From Paramoeba atlantica (lineage: Eukaryota; Protista; Discosea): 64,000 nt of DNA. The stretch covers positions 62,001 to 126,000 of the forward strand of contig CDRNVI010000010.1 in NCBI GenBank assembly GCA_977017575.1, written 5' to 3'. The notes beneath the pieces are model-generated. The model ran no database searches and had not been told where the DNA came from. It worked only from the letters and a program-made list of their open reading frames with translations. Below, one piece after another: positions 1 to 11,425 of the stretch. Made by a program: the position numbers and the translations under genes. Every line of letters starts with the position of its first letter. The first letter of the stretch is position 1.

Positions 1-71
1 CCATGTATTCAAAAGACAAAAATAAAAAGAAATCTTAAATTTAAGACTACAATTGAATGGTTTTTAGGGAT

Positions 72-1643
72 TTAACCTTTATCTGTGCAAGAATTAGTGC
101 TATCCAGTCCTCTTACTTGTAGCATATCATCATAATATGATGACAAAACAGCCATGTTCTTTATTTGGCCTTTATCAACGCATTGGAACGGCAACCATTC
201 CGCACAGTAGACAAGCTTTTCCTTCCCAGAAACAACGCAATCGTTTTGCTGCGTATCCTTAATAGACAAGCCTGAATCAGGACTATACTTCACTATAACA
301 GACCCCGCATGCATTGCTGCGACCAAATATTCGCTGCCTGTACTTTGGTCATTGTTCTCCACATCATGCAAAGGTGCGGGGTCCAAATTCGCACCATATT
401 TTTGATGAGACCGTTTCTTAGACATACGCCAAGCTCCACCCCCAACAAAGACGGAGCTTACACTCCGACCCAAATTTCGCGTGTCATAGAGTCGAACATG
501 ACCATCGTAGCACCCGGTAAGAAACATGTACTCAGTTGAGCTCAAGATAGAGTCACGATCAATACCCTGATTTTCAGAAAATCCTGTTGTATGACGTTCA
601 TATCCGGGCAAAGGATAAATGCAAGTAACCCCCGCAGGATGTTTCACTTGTTGACATGACGAAGATACGCGTAAGGAACCTGCATTTCTAGAGTCCCAGT
701 ACTTTACCAATTCCTCTGTAGGCAGCATTCGAGTATCCCAAATTTTCCACATCCCGTCATCACCTCCTGTACTAAAACAACATGATCGTTCACTGTCCTG
801 TGTCGTATGAAAACAACAAGCCCATGCCTCAGCATCATGAGCCTGAAACAATTTCGTTGAGTGCGCAGGGTGACTCTCCGACCCCAAGCCCACATACTCC
901 ACATCGAGTAAAGCACATCCACCCGAACTCAACGTGGACACTATCGACGAAACATAAGGACCAGAGTGTTTATCGCAAACCGCAGGAGAGTAATCTGTGC
1001 TTCCCGGATAACTTCTCACGATGTAGTCACTGCATGTGCAAATGGAATCTGCTTCCACATTTTTATTGACCATTTGCTTTTCATCCATCTCAGGCAAGAG
1101 ATGAGCACAAAAAACTTCCGAAATGTCAAGTTCATAGTCCTTTGGTTCGCATCGTGATGATTTTAACGTTTTAAAATCACAGGGCTTGCTGAATGAAACA
1201 GCTTGTTCGATTTTAAAAATGCGGACGGTTCCATCGGAGCATGAGAAAAGAATAAAATCCTGTAAACAAAAATCTTGAGAGCAAATTACCTTCATATCAA
1301 ACAGGGCTGGTGTTCCAATATGAGAAATTGAGCTCAATTCAACGGTTGATTCTGTACCGACGTCATGCAATCGGCATAAAACAGCTTCTACACCCCCTTT
1401 TCTAGATGAGCTCTGTGTATCAAATTCATACATCCCAGCCAGAATTATACAGTCTTCGGATTGGCCCGTGCTTTCGTCGATCGCATATTGTTGACACATG
1501 TTCATTCGTCGTGTCTTAGAATCTGAGTATTTCTCAGAACCAATAGAACTGCAGTCGGAAGGATGTGACAAATGCTTCCTCTTATCTTGTAGCACAGTAA
1601 GACAGCTAACATGAGCAGGAAGTGCAAGCGTACCTGTTGACAT
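72..1643 (-). CDS. DPH7: WD40 protein, diphthine methylesterase DPH7/WDR85-like
   Basis: 523-aa ORF with DPH7-type motifs in order: AHDAEAW, STGGDDG, HPAGVT, LTGCYDGHVRLYDTR, GGGAWR, AMHAG, LVYCAEW, SSYYDD. Confidence 0.75.
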   Translation of the reverse strand: MSTGTLALPAHVSCLTVLQDKRKHLSHPSDCSSIGSEKYSDSKTRRMNMCQQYAIDESTGQSEDCIILAGMYEFDTQSSSRKGGVEAVLCRLHDVGTESTVELSSISHIGTPALFDMKVICSQDFCLQDFILFSCSDGTVRIFKIEQAVSFSKPCDFKTLKSSRCEPKDYELDISEVFCAHLLPEMDEKQMVNKNVEADSICTCSDYIVRSYPGSTDYSPAVCDKHSGPYVSSIVSTLSSGGCALLDVEYVGLGSESHPAHSTKLFQAHDAEAWACCFHTTQDSERSCCFSTGGDDGMWKIWDTRMLPTEELVKYWDSRNAGSLRVSSSCQQVKHPAGVTCIYPLPGYERHTTGFSENQGIDRDSILSSTEYMFLTGCYDGHVRLYDTRNLGRSVSSVFVGGGAWRMSKKRSHQKYGANLDPAPLHDVENNDQSTGSEYLVAAMHAGSVIVKYSPDSGLSIKDTQQNDCVVSGKEKLVYCAEWLPFQCVDKGQIKNMAVLSSYYDDMLQVRGLDSTNSCTDKG

Positions 1644-1937
1644 ACCGTGAAAGGTTTGCGTATTATCAAGCTATACGTTCTGATGATGGATGTTCAACGA
1701 TTCATGATCCCCATGCGAATAAGCGTAATGCACAATAGATCTAGACGTACCACATGGCTAGCATGTACGTTTAAGTAGACCAATATGTGATATTCAAGAA
1801 AAAAAATCGTTTGTTTCGTTAGTTTTCGTAGTTTTAAAAAAAATATCTTGCATTTGAGTAAATCCAAAGAAATATAACCAAGACTGTAAGGAGTCATCGG
1901 CAATTGCTTATCCTTACCGTGCGGAATCCAACCTCCA

Positions 1938-3158
1938 TCAAATAATGCTTTTCCGCAACGCTACTTCTACTTGAGGAAGAACACCGGCCTGTACGTAATT
2001 TGGATTCCAGGAGAGCTGAGTCGCTTGCAAAGACAGGGAACCGATTAGGGAGGTATCGACAGTGCCTTGTACCCATTCCTCCGGTAAAGCACTACAGTCA
2101 CATTTCGCGCCAAGAAGAGCTCCCAAATAAATAGAAGCCACGGGAATGAATATCTCATACAACATGCAGCGGGTGACTTCTTGGTCTATTGGAAAATGTT
2201 TTTCTATTTCTTCAATTGAGGCCAAAAAGCGAAGCACTCCAGTGCGAAATTTCTGCACATCACAAGCGCATGCCCATGTAATTCGAAGTAGAGATTCTGA
2301 AAAGGAACTTTCTATTTTCTCTTCCTGCATCTCACTTCCTTGAAAAAGATTCACCAGAATAGGTTCCTTGAAAAGTCCAGTAGGGTATGGATGTTGGCAT
2401 ATCGAGAGCAGTTTCTCAGAATTGAGCACACCAAAACGTCCCTCAAGTGCTGTATTCCGCAATGGATCAGGATTACGACACAGCATTCGTAGCAAAGTGT
2501 GTTGGAGAATGTCAAGCCAATCCGCTGTCAAGGGTGAAAAGTTAAGATTCGGGGAAGATGAACTGCTTAGTTCTGTCCTCGAGCACTCTCTGTCGGAGGG
2601 TTGAGGTGTCACAGAGGAACCACTCAATAAATGCTCATGAATTGGACGGACTCTTCTCGCTAAGTATTCAGCATCACTCCACGGGTAGGAAACAACCACG
2701 GGCAAACTGGAAACAAGAGCCTCTGTCGCCAAATACGATCTCTCCAAGCAACTCATCGTTGCCTTGTTAACGGAGGAGACCAGTACTTCGTCCGAGTCGA
2801 ACGTTTCTTTTTCCAAAGACGTCTCTAAGAGCATCATTGAACTTTGCCGATCAGAAAAATATTCGTCAGGAACGAACACTCCCTCACTATCAGCAAGCGT
2901 GCGGAGCGCCGGAAGATAAGCTCGGAAATATAAATCCGAATGATTTCGTAGACTCACGCGTTTTGCTAAGGATAAGGACCCAAAAGGCTTTAACTTTGGA
3001 AAAGACGCACCTTTGAGGGGTGGGACCGACTTCAGGAACGACTTTCGTTGCTGTACAGCTCCATAAACAAGGCTATCACAAACTGCCGCCCCGACGAACG
3101 CGCCTACTTGTCTGCGCTGTACAGCAGAGAGTTGTTTAAAAGAGGACTTGTACCACAT
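1938..3158 (-). CDS. ADP-ribosylglycohydrolase-fold protein, probably catalytically degenerate
   Basis: N-terminal GAFVGAAVCDSL and C-terminal YLGALLGAKCDCSALPEEW match ARH/DraG terminal motifs. The TDDT and DxDT metal ligands are not recognisable. Confidence 0.6.
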   Translation of the reverse strand: MWYKSSFKQLSAVQRRQVGAFVGAAVCDSLVYGAVQQRKSFLKSVPPLKGASFPKLKPFGSLSLAKRVSLRNHSDLYFRAYLPALRTLADSEGVFVPDEYFSDRQSSMMLLETSLEKETFDSDEVLVSSVNKATMSCLERSYLATEALVSSLPVVVSYPWSDAEYLARRVRPIHEHLLSGSSVTPQPSDRECSRTELSSSSSPNLNFSPLTADWLDILQHTLLRMLCRNPDPLRNTALEGRFGVLNSEKLLSICQHPYPTGLFKEPILVNLFQGSEMQEEKIESSFSESLLRITWACACDVQKFRTGVLRFLASIEEIEKHFPIDQEVTRCMLYEIFIPVASIYLGALLGAKCDCSALPEEWVQGTVDTSLIGSLSLQATQLSWNPNYVQAGVLPQVEVALRKSII

Positions 3159-3563
3159 GTTTTAAAGGATAAGAAAGTCTACGTGGTATAAAATTTGTAA
3201 TAGAGAACAGAAAGAATACACAAAGAATCATATCAAGCGACCTTCAATCAAACGTGTGCATAAGATTTCGTAAACTAAGATTCCAAACACTATCGTGTGT
3301 GTAAATTTAGTGAGCTGCGGAGACACTGTTTTTCATTCGTGTAGTTACATCAACGGACACAGCGGACGTCCATAAAAAAATCGAAATCTCATGTGAAATC
3401 GATTTAATACATAAATTAAGTTATTTCCACTACATTCGATTCGATAAGATATTCTAACCGCAAATATAAAGTCCTCGCAGCAGAGGTCTATCTTCGTTTA
3501 GACGAAGGCCTGTATACTAGAAAACACCATTCAAAATTTTTCATTGGACCATAAGGCTAGAAT

Positions 3564-5087
3564 TTAAACCTCTGCGCTGATGGCAGCCTCGGATTTCATG
3601 ACTTCCATGCCTTCTTCCAATGCTTTAGCAAAAGTACGCGCCAGATCGTACATCACACTTGCCATGATATGAGGATTGGCAACGTCCTTTGGAGGGATGG
3701 TCGCTAGCAGCTCGTACTCAAGGCGCTCTCCCTGATTAGAGGCAATAGTCGTCAATACAGGTGTACGCTTCGTTTGGATCATGCGGATCGTTATTCCACT
3801 GGATTCGTCCTTCTTCGACCAAGAAGCAATCACACGTTCAGCCACATACTGAATATCACCCAGTTCCGGAGCAAGAACGCTCTCCACGGTATCATTTTTG
3901 AATTTCAGTATCTCAGCCTCGAAGTACGGCGTCGCGATTCGCTTTTTAAGAGGAACTCTACCACGTACTAGAAATCGAACGTCCGGCATTTTTCGGCGTA
4001 CGTATTGCGTAGCAAGGTGTCTGTCCCATGTGCGCAAGACTTCAACAGGTTGTAAATCCGAATTGAGTTCCAAAACGACGGGATCACGAGGTCGCTTGAT
4101 CATAACTAGATATGATGTTTGCGGATCTTTTTCTGCCGCAAAACCGTTCTCCTTAAGAAATTTTCCTACTGCTGCAGTATTATTTTCATGGGCAAGTGCA
4201 ACAAAACGTAGCACGGAAGCTTGTGCCATTGCCTTCTGTGCAGACCAAAGCGGAACGACGTTCTTCTTGAAGAGTACGGCACTTACAATATTTTTCAATA
4301 AAGTTCTACCATACGTCACATTTATGTCTCCTTCCTGGCCCAAGTTCCACATATTGTTTATAGCCCATGTGCAAGAGCGAAGAAACCGTTGTCGATTTGC
4401 GCGCTCCAAATCTGCAGCCTTCATGGTATATGCCTGAGCACCGGAGAGAGTTCCCGGAAGACCTGAAGCGTCTAGTGGAACGAGCTGTACATCACACCCC
4501 TGTACTTCATGCAAAAGTTGTGTTGCGCGCACGTCCAAAGCGCTCTGGGACTCTCCCCCTTGAGCATCAATAGATTTTTCCATGTAATCAATCATTCGCT
4601 TTTCTTCAAAAGAGGGATCCACACCCCAATCGCCGTATACGTCGGCTTCTTCAAAAAGGTCGCCGGTTCCTGCATTCTTTGCTTGATGATCAAAAAGAGA
4701 AATTGCACTTTCATCCTGGCGCACAAGTGAGGGTTGAGATGAGCTCATAACTTCTTCTACTTTACGTACCAACGCAGTCTTTTTTTCGTCTCCTTTGACG
4801 TCAACCTTTTGGGCTTTCAAAAAAGCAACGAGGTCAGCTTGACTTAGGGAAAAGAGATTTCCTTCGTTCCATAATGACCATACGGTGTCCATCGATATTC
4901 CTTTTGCCTCACTGGATGATGGAGAAGAGTAGCGTCGAACACACTCATGAATAAGTAATTTCGTTCCTGTGGACACCCTTTCGTATGATTTAAAAAGTGA
5001 TCCCATTCCAAGAGTTGCAGGTATGGCGCCAACACACGCATACGCTTGAGAAACACTTCGTTTTTGAATGACAAGCCCGCGTAACAT
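3564..5087 (-). CDS. Hypothetical protein with a mitochondrial-type presequence and a SAP/HEH-like helical motif
   Basis: Long ORF on the gene strand. Likely start MLRGLVIQKRS (ATG at 5087). LSQADLVAFLKAQKVDVKGDEKKTALVRKV resembles a SAP/HEH motif. Confidence 0.6.
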   Translation of the reverse strand: MLRGLVIQKRSVSQAYACVGAIPATLGMGSLFKSYERVSTGTKLLIHECVRRYSSPSSSEAKGISMDTVWSLWNEGNLFSLSQADLVAFLKAQKVDVKGDEKKTALVRKVEEVMSSSQPSLVRQDESAISLFDHQAKNAGTGDLFEEADVYGDWGVDPSFEEKRMIDYMEKSIDAQGGESQSALDVRATQLLHEVQGCDVQLVPLDASGLPGTLSGAQAYTMKAADLERANRQRFLRSCTWAINNMWNLGQEGDINVTYGRTLLKNIVSAVLFKKNVVPLWSAQKAMAQASVLRFVALAHENNTAAVGKFLKENGFAAEKDPQTSYLVMIKRPRDPVVLELNSDLQPVEVLRTWDRHLATQYVRRKMPDVRFLVRGRVPLKKRIATPYFEAEILKFKNDTVESVLAPELGDIQYVAERVIASWSKKDESSGITIRMIQTKRTPVLTTIASNQGERLEYELLATIPPKDVANPHIMASVMYDLARTFAKALEEGMEVMKSEAAISAEV

Positions 5088-5514
5088 GTTCCTATTTAAA
5101 AGAAAAATAATTTCAAAAAAATAAAATCGTTTGAGTAACACTTTCACAAAGTGACTTGCAAGTCTTGTAGTGACTTGTATCCAACTTTCCCTCCAAAAAA
5201 GTTTAATCAAGCGTAATTCTACAGAATAAGTAATTCTACAAAATCTCCTTTTTGAATTTCTGCTCTTTTACATTCAATTTTATGAAACGAATTTGTGGGG
5301 ACTATTCACCCGAACAGTACTATTATACAAAGTAATACAATTTTCACTATAAATTTGTGAGATACTATGGGCGAGACCCAACCCACCATACATAAACGCA
5401 CTTTGACAAGCATGAACTTTAAACACATCTTGTTACGGCTTCAGTAAACGTAAAGTGATTTCATCATTCATCCAAAATAGCGAATATTCGTTTCGATTCA
5501 TCATAAAACCGGTA

Positions 5515-6263
5515 CCCCCCCTGTCATTAATAATGATAATCCTCAATTTTTCTTTTTGAGATTATTAAACCACAGTCCTGTTTAACATTCCGGGGGGGAA
5601 TGTTAAGTAGCTACAGGAATGTTAAATAGCTACAGGAATGTTAACTTTTCAAGATATTTTTTTGAGATATTTTTTTGAAAGGCAAAACAATTTCATTTGT
5701 TCAGTATCTTCCTCTTCGCCTATTGCTTCGACTTCTTTTGCTTCACTTTCTTGGCGTTCTTGAACTTTCTTAAAGTACTCCGTCAGCGTACATGCGTACC
5801 GGAAACCTGGAGGACCCTGTAGGGGAGCAGAGTTGAGAATCTCCCGTGGTGGCTCTTCGTCGGTAGAGTGGGTGAACCTGTAAGCCATAGGGGGGGGGCA
5901 CGGGGGTTTTTCAGGGGGGGATGTTAAAAAACACATGAGACATCATAATGTTATCTAGCTAGAGGAAGGTTAAACCGGACTTTGGTTTATTATCATTATC
6001 ATTATTAATGGCTGGGAGAGTACATAGTTTTCGACAAAAAAACACGATTTTCAGGCCAAAAATGCGAATTTTTAACCCGAATTTGGGCCGTTTTTGAAAC
6101 CTTACCAGTAGTTTTTTAGTTCAAAAAACTTTTTTTTTAAGACACAAATTTTTTTGTAAGAAAATCCTGCGTGCATGAAAATAAGTTGATAATTTTTTAG
6201 GAGTCTTCACCATGTAGAATGACATTTTTTTAAGATTATCATTATTAATGACAGGGGGAGGGA
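5515..6263. mobile_element. Composite non-autonomous TIR element (MITE), TA-flanked
   Basis: Left end TA|CCCCCCCTGTCATTAATAATGATAATC. Two matching inverted right ends, at 6020|TA and 6263|TA. Inner inverted repeat AACCACAGTCCTGTTTAACATTCC (5568) pairs with 5964-5987. Confidence 0.6.
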
Positions 6264-8284
6264 TACTATTGCCCGCGACCAAGAAAAGATATGAATAAAA
6301 AATATAGGATTAACGCCATCGAAAAAGTACTCCAAAATAGACCTTTTCGATTTTTTATACATTTGTACTTTAAATTTCTCACCCCAGCTTCATATTGGGG
6401 TGCCATTGCAACGTCCTTTCACGCACCTAAAGCCCAATGTCAAAAAAGTACCTTCGTTCTGATGAACGAAGTAAGAGTGAGCAAAACCGAAAAAATAGAC
6501 GTTTTTGACGTCGGTCGTTATGCGTTCAGGATAAACTAGGTAAGAAAAAGTACGTAAAAATGGATGAAAAACGTTGCAAGGGCACTGCAGCATTCAGCTG
6601 GAGTCAAAATGCCCCCACTAAAAAAGCGTTTAACTTCATATTTTACTTAATAAAATGTACCAAAAAAAGAAAATTTATGAGCTTTATCCTGGTTCCGGTT
6701 CTGAGCCCGGAAAAAGATTTCAAATTCCTTCAACAGTGGAACATACGGTACAGTCTTCTATCACCATGTCATCCAAGGTTCCCAGCCACAAAACTTGATG
6801 CGGTCAGACATTTTACAGCCTATGCAAGGAAGAATGATAGAGCGGAGTCGTGAAAGTACAAAAATATGATGCTTAATCATTCGCGTAGATGATAATAAAA
6901 TTTTGCGCGAAACTATCATGAAAAAAATTAAGTTTTTTTGGGAGAGAAAGTCCCCTTTCACCTGCAGCTGGAGTCAGGAAATGAAAAAAAGGTCAAGAAA
7001 ATGAAAAAATATATTTTGGGCTGCATTTTCGATGGCATTGGGCCGAAATAAAATATTATTGGTTGAAATTGCAACTACGAAATTGCGACCAGAAGGGATC
7101 ATTGTACGCAAGAATGCTGACGCCCCGTGGTAACGTACAAAAAGGGAGTATGCTCAGCAAAAGTATTTAAAGGGCCTCACTGTTCGACCTTTTATGGTGA
7201 AGAAACCAAAAAAGCTAAGGCCGCGTGATGTTCTTTTTGTTGAAACGAAAACCAAGCAAAGAAATATTCGTTTTTATGAAGTGGGTATCATTTTATGTAA
7301 AATTATTTTGCTTAATCGATGAAAATCATCACGATCAATGTACCACTAGTTCAAAACATTCCATGCCACAGTTCCATACACATCATCCGAAAGGACCAAA
7401 TCAAAAGAAAACTATGAAGCCCAACCGTAATTATCTTTTTCAAAATCAGACGGTAATAAGAAACAGAAATTGCAATAAAAGGTGAACAAGAATTAAAGGC
7501 AGTACTATTGCTTGACTCGATTGAAGAATCCTGTACATTTCGACTCGAATAAACTAAGTCGTCAAAGTCATTCACTGGATTCGATTTATCATTTGCAGGA
7601 ACACCTGTTGTCCACTCTTCGTAACCAGAAGAAAGTATCTCGTTCCAAACCAGCGAATCTTCGATTCCGTCATCTGTAAGACTCCACGGAAGAGAAGCGG
7701 TGTAAGATTGTTCAACGCAAGACAAGAGAAAAATGCGTCCATCTCGTTTGAAGAACGAAGAAACGCAAAAAAGATACGTTAAAAAAATTAGGCTCAAACA
7801 ATAAAGAAAAATGTTGTGGTTTATTTTCTTTTGAAAGACTGCAGTAGAAAACTCCGAATATAGAATCTCGGACATGCTACGATTCTTCAATTAGGTTGGT
7901 CTCACGCGAAAGACCTCATGCAAGCAATACTGGTAAGAAAGAAATTTTGGAATATAAATTTTGTTATTGAAAGACCATCTCACGAAAGCAATTCTACGAA
8001 TACACCCTACGAGAATAATGCCAAAAATCGTAGTGCACTGCTTGCTGATTGCGAGAGTACTTTGTAATCCTACATTGAAAAAAGTGCGCACTACGCCCCA
8101 ATTTTCCAAAGGCGATTAATGAAAACTTCTGTAAAAAGCATAAACAAGCGATTACAAGAATTAAGATACTAGAAAACGATAAAAGAAATCCCAACGAAGG
8201 CGGTGTCTGACACAAGGTGTTACATCCTTCCCGAAATTCTCTCATACCTTAAAGACATACAGTACGTGAGCCAATCGACAATTT

Positions 8285-10480
8285 CTAGTTAGACGAAGTA
8301 CGTTTTTTTGCTACACCAATATTGGTTGCATTCACTTTTGAAGCAAAACGAAGCGAACTCACAGTTTCCGAAGCGTGTTCTTCCAAAGGGGACACGTTTA
8401 CCAGCATAAGCACTTTGCTACCCTCCCCTCCAAGATAGTTTTGCAACAAATACGTAAGCTTACTATTCCGATAAGGAACATGACTGGGAGCGTTGCAATC
8501 CGCATTTTCATGTAGCGCCTTCTCCCGTTGACCCAGAGCCAAAATGACGTCTCCTAAATGTGAAAGTGAACGATTAATCTGTACGGCTTCTTTAAAATGG
8601 TGACCTTGCACACCACTCTCCGAAACCCTCTCGGATCCTGCCAAATCTATGAGGCATAGGATTCCTGAAGTTTTTTGACCCATTTTTTGGTTTGTCCCTT
8701 CAATTTTCAATGTGAAAACACTGTGCGAGCGACTCGACCTTTCGTTTATCTTTGTACGTGCCGTAGTCCGATTTTGCATGGCAGTTCTAAGTAATTCTTC
8801 TAACTCATAGGGTGCTGTGACAGACACTACCCTTACTCCTGTTACGTTCGTGTCTTGTTTACCATCATGCCTAATTTCATGCTTTATTTCTCCACGATCT
8901 AGAATTGCCTTTTGATAGTCTTCAGAATCTACCAGAAGGTCACGTATAATATCGTTGTAAATTTCTACGAATGTGCAGCTCAAATTAAAATTCCACCCGA
9001 AGTTTGCAATTAATTGTTGTGTGGAATCAAAGATGCGCTCGACAGATCGCATAATGATTCCTGGTTTCTCAGGAGTTCCTTCCATCGTGTATGTCTTGCC
9101 ACTTCCTGTTTGACCATAAGCAAAAATGCAAACTTTGAAACCGTCCACAGCACTTTCGACAACGGGAGAGACACGTTCAAAAATTTCGTCCTGAGAGCAC
9201 TGAGGCGAAAAAACCGCGTCGTACTTAAATTGTATCGGCTTCTCAATTCGTGCCGTAGAAGTTGCGTTATCCCGACTCTGCCGAATTTCTATCATACGAT
9301 TGTCTATCTTGTCCGGATACTCCAAAGGAGCCTCAAACTTTGATCCAAGTGGAGGTCGTACGCGGCAGTAAACTCGGATATTACCTTTCAGCTCTTCAAT
9401 TTGGACTAATAATTTGCGTCGCGCTTGTTCTCCTTGAAGAATCAAAAGCTCTTTCTGCCTCTCCCTTTCGCTTAACTCGCACAAATTGCCTTGCGTGGCT
9501 CCTAATCGGCTTGTCATATCTTGCGTGAGTTTTTCTAGAGTTTCGACTCGAGACTTTAGAGTAATTACATGTTCATGCTGCCCAGTGAGCTCGTTTCTGA
9601 GAGCATTTGCGTCCGAAGTCTTAGTAGTCAGTTCTAGTTTTAGTGAGTCTGTGTATCTCTCCTTTTCCGTCAAAGTTAATTCTAACTCTTTCACTCTTTG
9701 CTGCGCGACGTTCATTTCATTGGACAGAGATTGATATTCTGCAGCTGCATCAGAAATGTTTGCTTTCTGTTCTTCATTCAAAACCTCAAACGACTTTATT
9801 TGGACTAATTGCTCTTGGATTTGATCGTGAAGAAGTTTAATTTCTTCATCCTTGTCTTTTATGGACTGAGTAAGAGTGCTTTCCGTTTGTTTTGATTCCG
9901 CGTATAAATTGTTAAGTTTCTCTTCAATGGAGCATATGGAAATGCTGTGCTTTGATTCTGCCTCTGCGAACAGTTTTTCTTGCTTTTCTACATTTCCCTT
10001 GAGAAGCTCTTCTTTTTCATTAGCCGATTTTCTAAACTCGTAAAGCTTTGCATCTTTTTCATTTAGCTGAGCCACATACCGAGACTCCTGTTGACGTTGA
10101 TCTTCGGCGGCAAGCTCTTGAAATTCGATAAATTTCTGTTTCTCTTCCTCCATTTGCTCTTCCAGTTGTTGTTTCTGGTGTTGCAATGTAAATATTTCAT
10201 TCAACTGTTTTTGTTCTGTCATAGCGACATCCAGAGCTATCTTCTCACTTTCTTTTTGTAGTTTTGTGTGGGCGGCTTCTAGTTTACTGTACTGCGTAGC
10301 CACTGGCTTTGAAGTACCTTGTGATCTTACTGCTATTCGACCACGTGGAGCGGAGGTTGTAATTGAACGGCCTCGTGCTGAAGTAGCCCGACGTTTTGGA
10401 TCCCTCTCGACAGGCTGCGATACGGACCTTTCGGCGGGCCTTTTTATACTCACCGACCCGGTTTTTGCTGCAAGTGGCAT
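8285..10480 (-). CDS. Kinesin-14 (C-terminal motor, KAR3/Ncd-like)
   Basis: Basic N-terminal tail, long coiled coil, neck ELKGNIRVYCRVRP, P-loop GQTGSGKT, switch motifs SSRSH and DLAGSE. Confidence 0.95.
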   Translation of the reverse strand: MPLAAKTGSVSIKRPAERSVSQPVERDPKRRATSARGRSITTSAPRGRIAVRSQGTSKPVATQYSKLEAAHTKLQKESEKIALDVAMTEQKQLNEIFTLQHQKQQLEEQMEEEKQKFIEFQELAAEDQRQQESRYVAQLNEKDAKLYEFRKSANEKEELLKGNVEKQEKLFAEAESKHSISICSIEEKLNNLYAESKQTESTLTQSIKDKDEEIKLLHDQIQEQLVQIKSFEVLNEEQKANISDAAAEYQSLSNEMNVAQQRVKELELTLTEKERYTDSLKLELTTKTSDANALRNELTGQHEHVITLKSRVETLEKLTQDMTSRLGATQGNLCELSERERQKELLILQGEQARRKLLVQIEELKGNIRVYCRVRPPLGSKFEAPLEYPDKIDNRMIEIRQSRDNATSTARIEKPIQFKYDAVFSPQCSQDEIFERVSPVVESAVDGFKVCIFAYGQTGSGKTYTMEGTPEKPGIIMRSVERIFDSTQQLIANFGWNFNLSCTFVEIYNDIIRDLLVDSEDYQKAILDRGEIKHEIRHDGKQDTNVTGVRVVSVTAPYELEELLRTAMQNRTTARTKINERSSRSHSVFTLKIEGTNQKMGQKTSGILCLIDLAGSERVSESGVQGHHFKEAVQINRSLSHLGDVILALGQREKALHENADCNAPSHVPYRNSKLTYLLQNYLGGEGSKVLMLVNVSPLEEHASETVSSLRFASKVNATNIGVAKKRTSSN

Positions 10481-10786
10481 GCAAAGTCTATACGTATTGT
10501 GAAAAGAAAAGGAGAATATCTAAGAGAAGAATAGTGCAATGCTCTTGATCTCTTGCTCGTACACGTGCTGCTACATGATACACTTGTACTTGATATGAGT
10601 ACATGATAGACACTTCTACACGTAAACACATACATGTGCACGTACGTATACATGTGTTACTTGTAAAAACATGAATGCGCGATCGGCGAAAAACATTTCA
10701 TACATCACTAGACGAGTATATATTAAATATACTGTAGTCTATAGTATAATCTATAGTATTACTCTATAATAGAGTAAATATGCTAT

Positions 10787-11158
10787 TTACTTTTTAAATT
10801 TGGAGCGCCCTTTCGGACGAGGTCGAGTCATTCCATATTTCGGCAGAGATTTGTGAAAGTCCCATACACGTTCATAGTTAATAAGCTTTTGCTGTGTGTC
10901 CATATTTTTTTCTTTAGTGCCTATGTATTTCATCTCAAAAGGATGGCAACAAACATGAAAATAATGCCTTGCCGAAGCAGCTTTTTCCTGTATTCTTTTG
11001 CAAAGGGAACAACGAAAAAGAAGAATGCTGGAAAATCGAATACGTCGTGAAGGGTCGTGCCTTGGCCCTTGCTTATAGATTTGGGGAGCGCGATATGCGC
11101 CAGCTACAGAAGGACGTCGCCCTCGATGCAGCGATGCGCTTGCAAAGAAGCTATTCAT
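10787..11158 (-). CDS. Small basic Cys-containing protein, possibly a mitoribosomal subunit
   Basis: 123 aa from MNSFFASASLHRG, presequence-like N-terminus, CxxC...CC cluster, K/R-rich end. On the gene strand. Confidence 0.55.
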   Translation of the reverse strand: MNSFFASASLHRGRRPSVAGAYRAPQIYKQGPRHDPSRRIRFSSILLFRCSLCKRIQEKAASARHYFHVCCHPFEMKYIGTKEKNMDTQQKLINYERVWDFHKSLPKYGMTRPRPKGRSKFKK

Positions 11159-11254
11159 TTTCTCGTTACTATAAGTTGCTGATAAAAAATAACAAGAAGA
11201 ATATACATGTAGCATATCTTTAACCCCCAGTTGATGAATTCAACTTCGTCTAAG

Positions 11255-11425
11255 CTAACAATCTAGCGACCCCGATAAATTTAAAACTACAGTACAAGCT
11301 ACAAATAGACCATAAAAGGCTGCGTGCCTCCATCCTTGACCTCCCCATGAACGCAGTCGAAAAAATCCGGAACTCGTTTCATCGACTTTGCCAAGAGCTC
11401 GGTTGGGTGGGCGTTTGCATTTCAT
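11255..11425 (-). CDS. Possible small single-TM protein
   Basis: 56-aa ORF (MKCKRPP...) on the gene strand with one C-terminal hydrophobic segment. No recognised family. Confidence 0.25.
   Translation of the reverse strand: MKCKRPPNRALGKVDETSSGFFRLRSWGGQGWRHAAFYGLFVACTVVLNLSGSLDC

Noticed and set aside
6311-7040. Possible TIR element (AACGCCATCGAAAA.. inverted near 7010-7040; CAGCTGGAGTCA direct repeat)
   Set aside because: The similarity is short and degenerate, and no clear termini or TSD could be defined.
7351-8245. ORFs of 179, 72 and 83 aa on the gene strand
   Set aside because: AT-rich and low-complexity with no recognisable motif. A decayed gene cannot be excluded, but there is no support for one.
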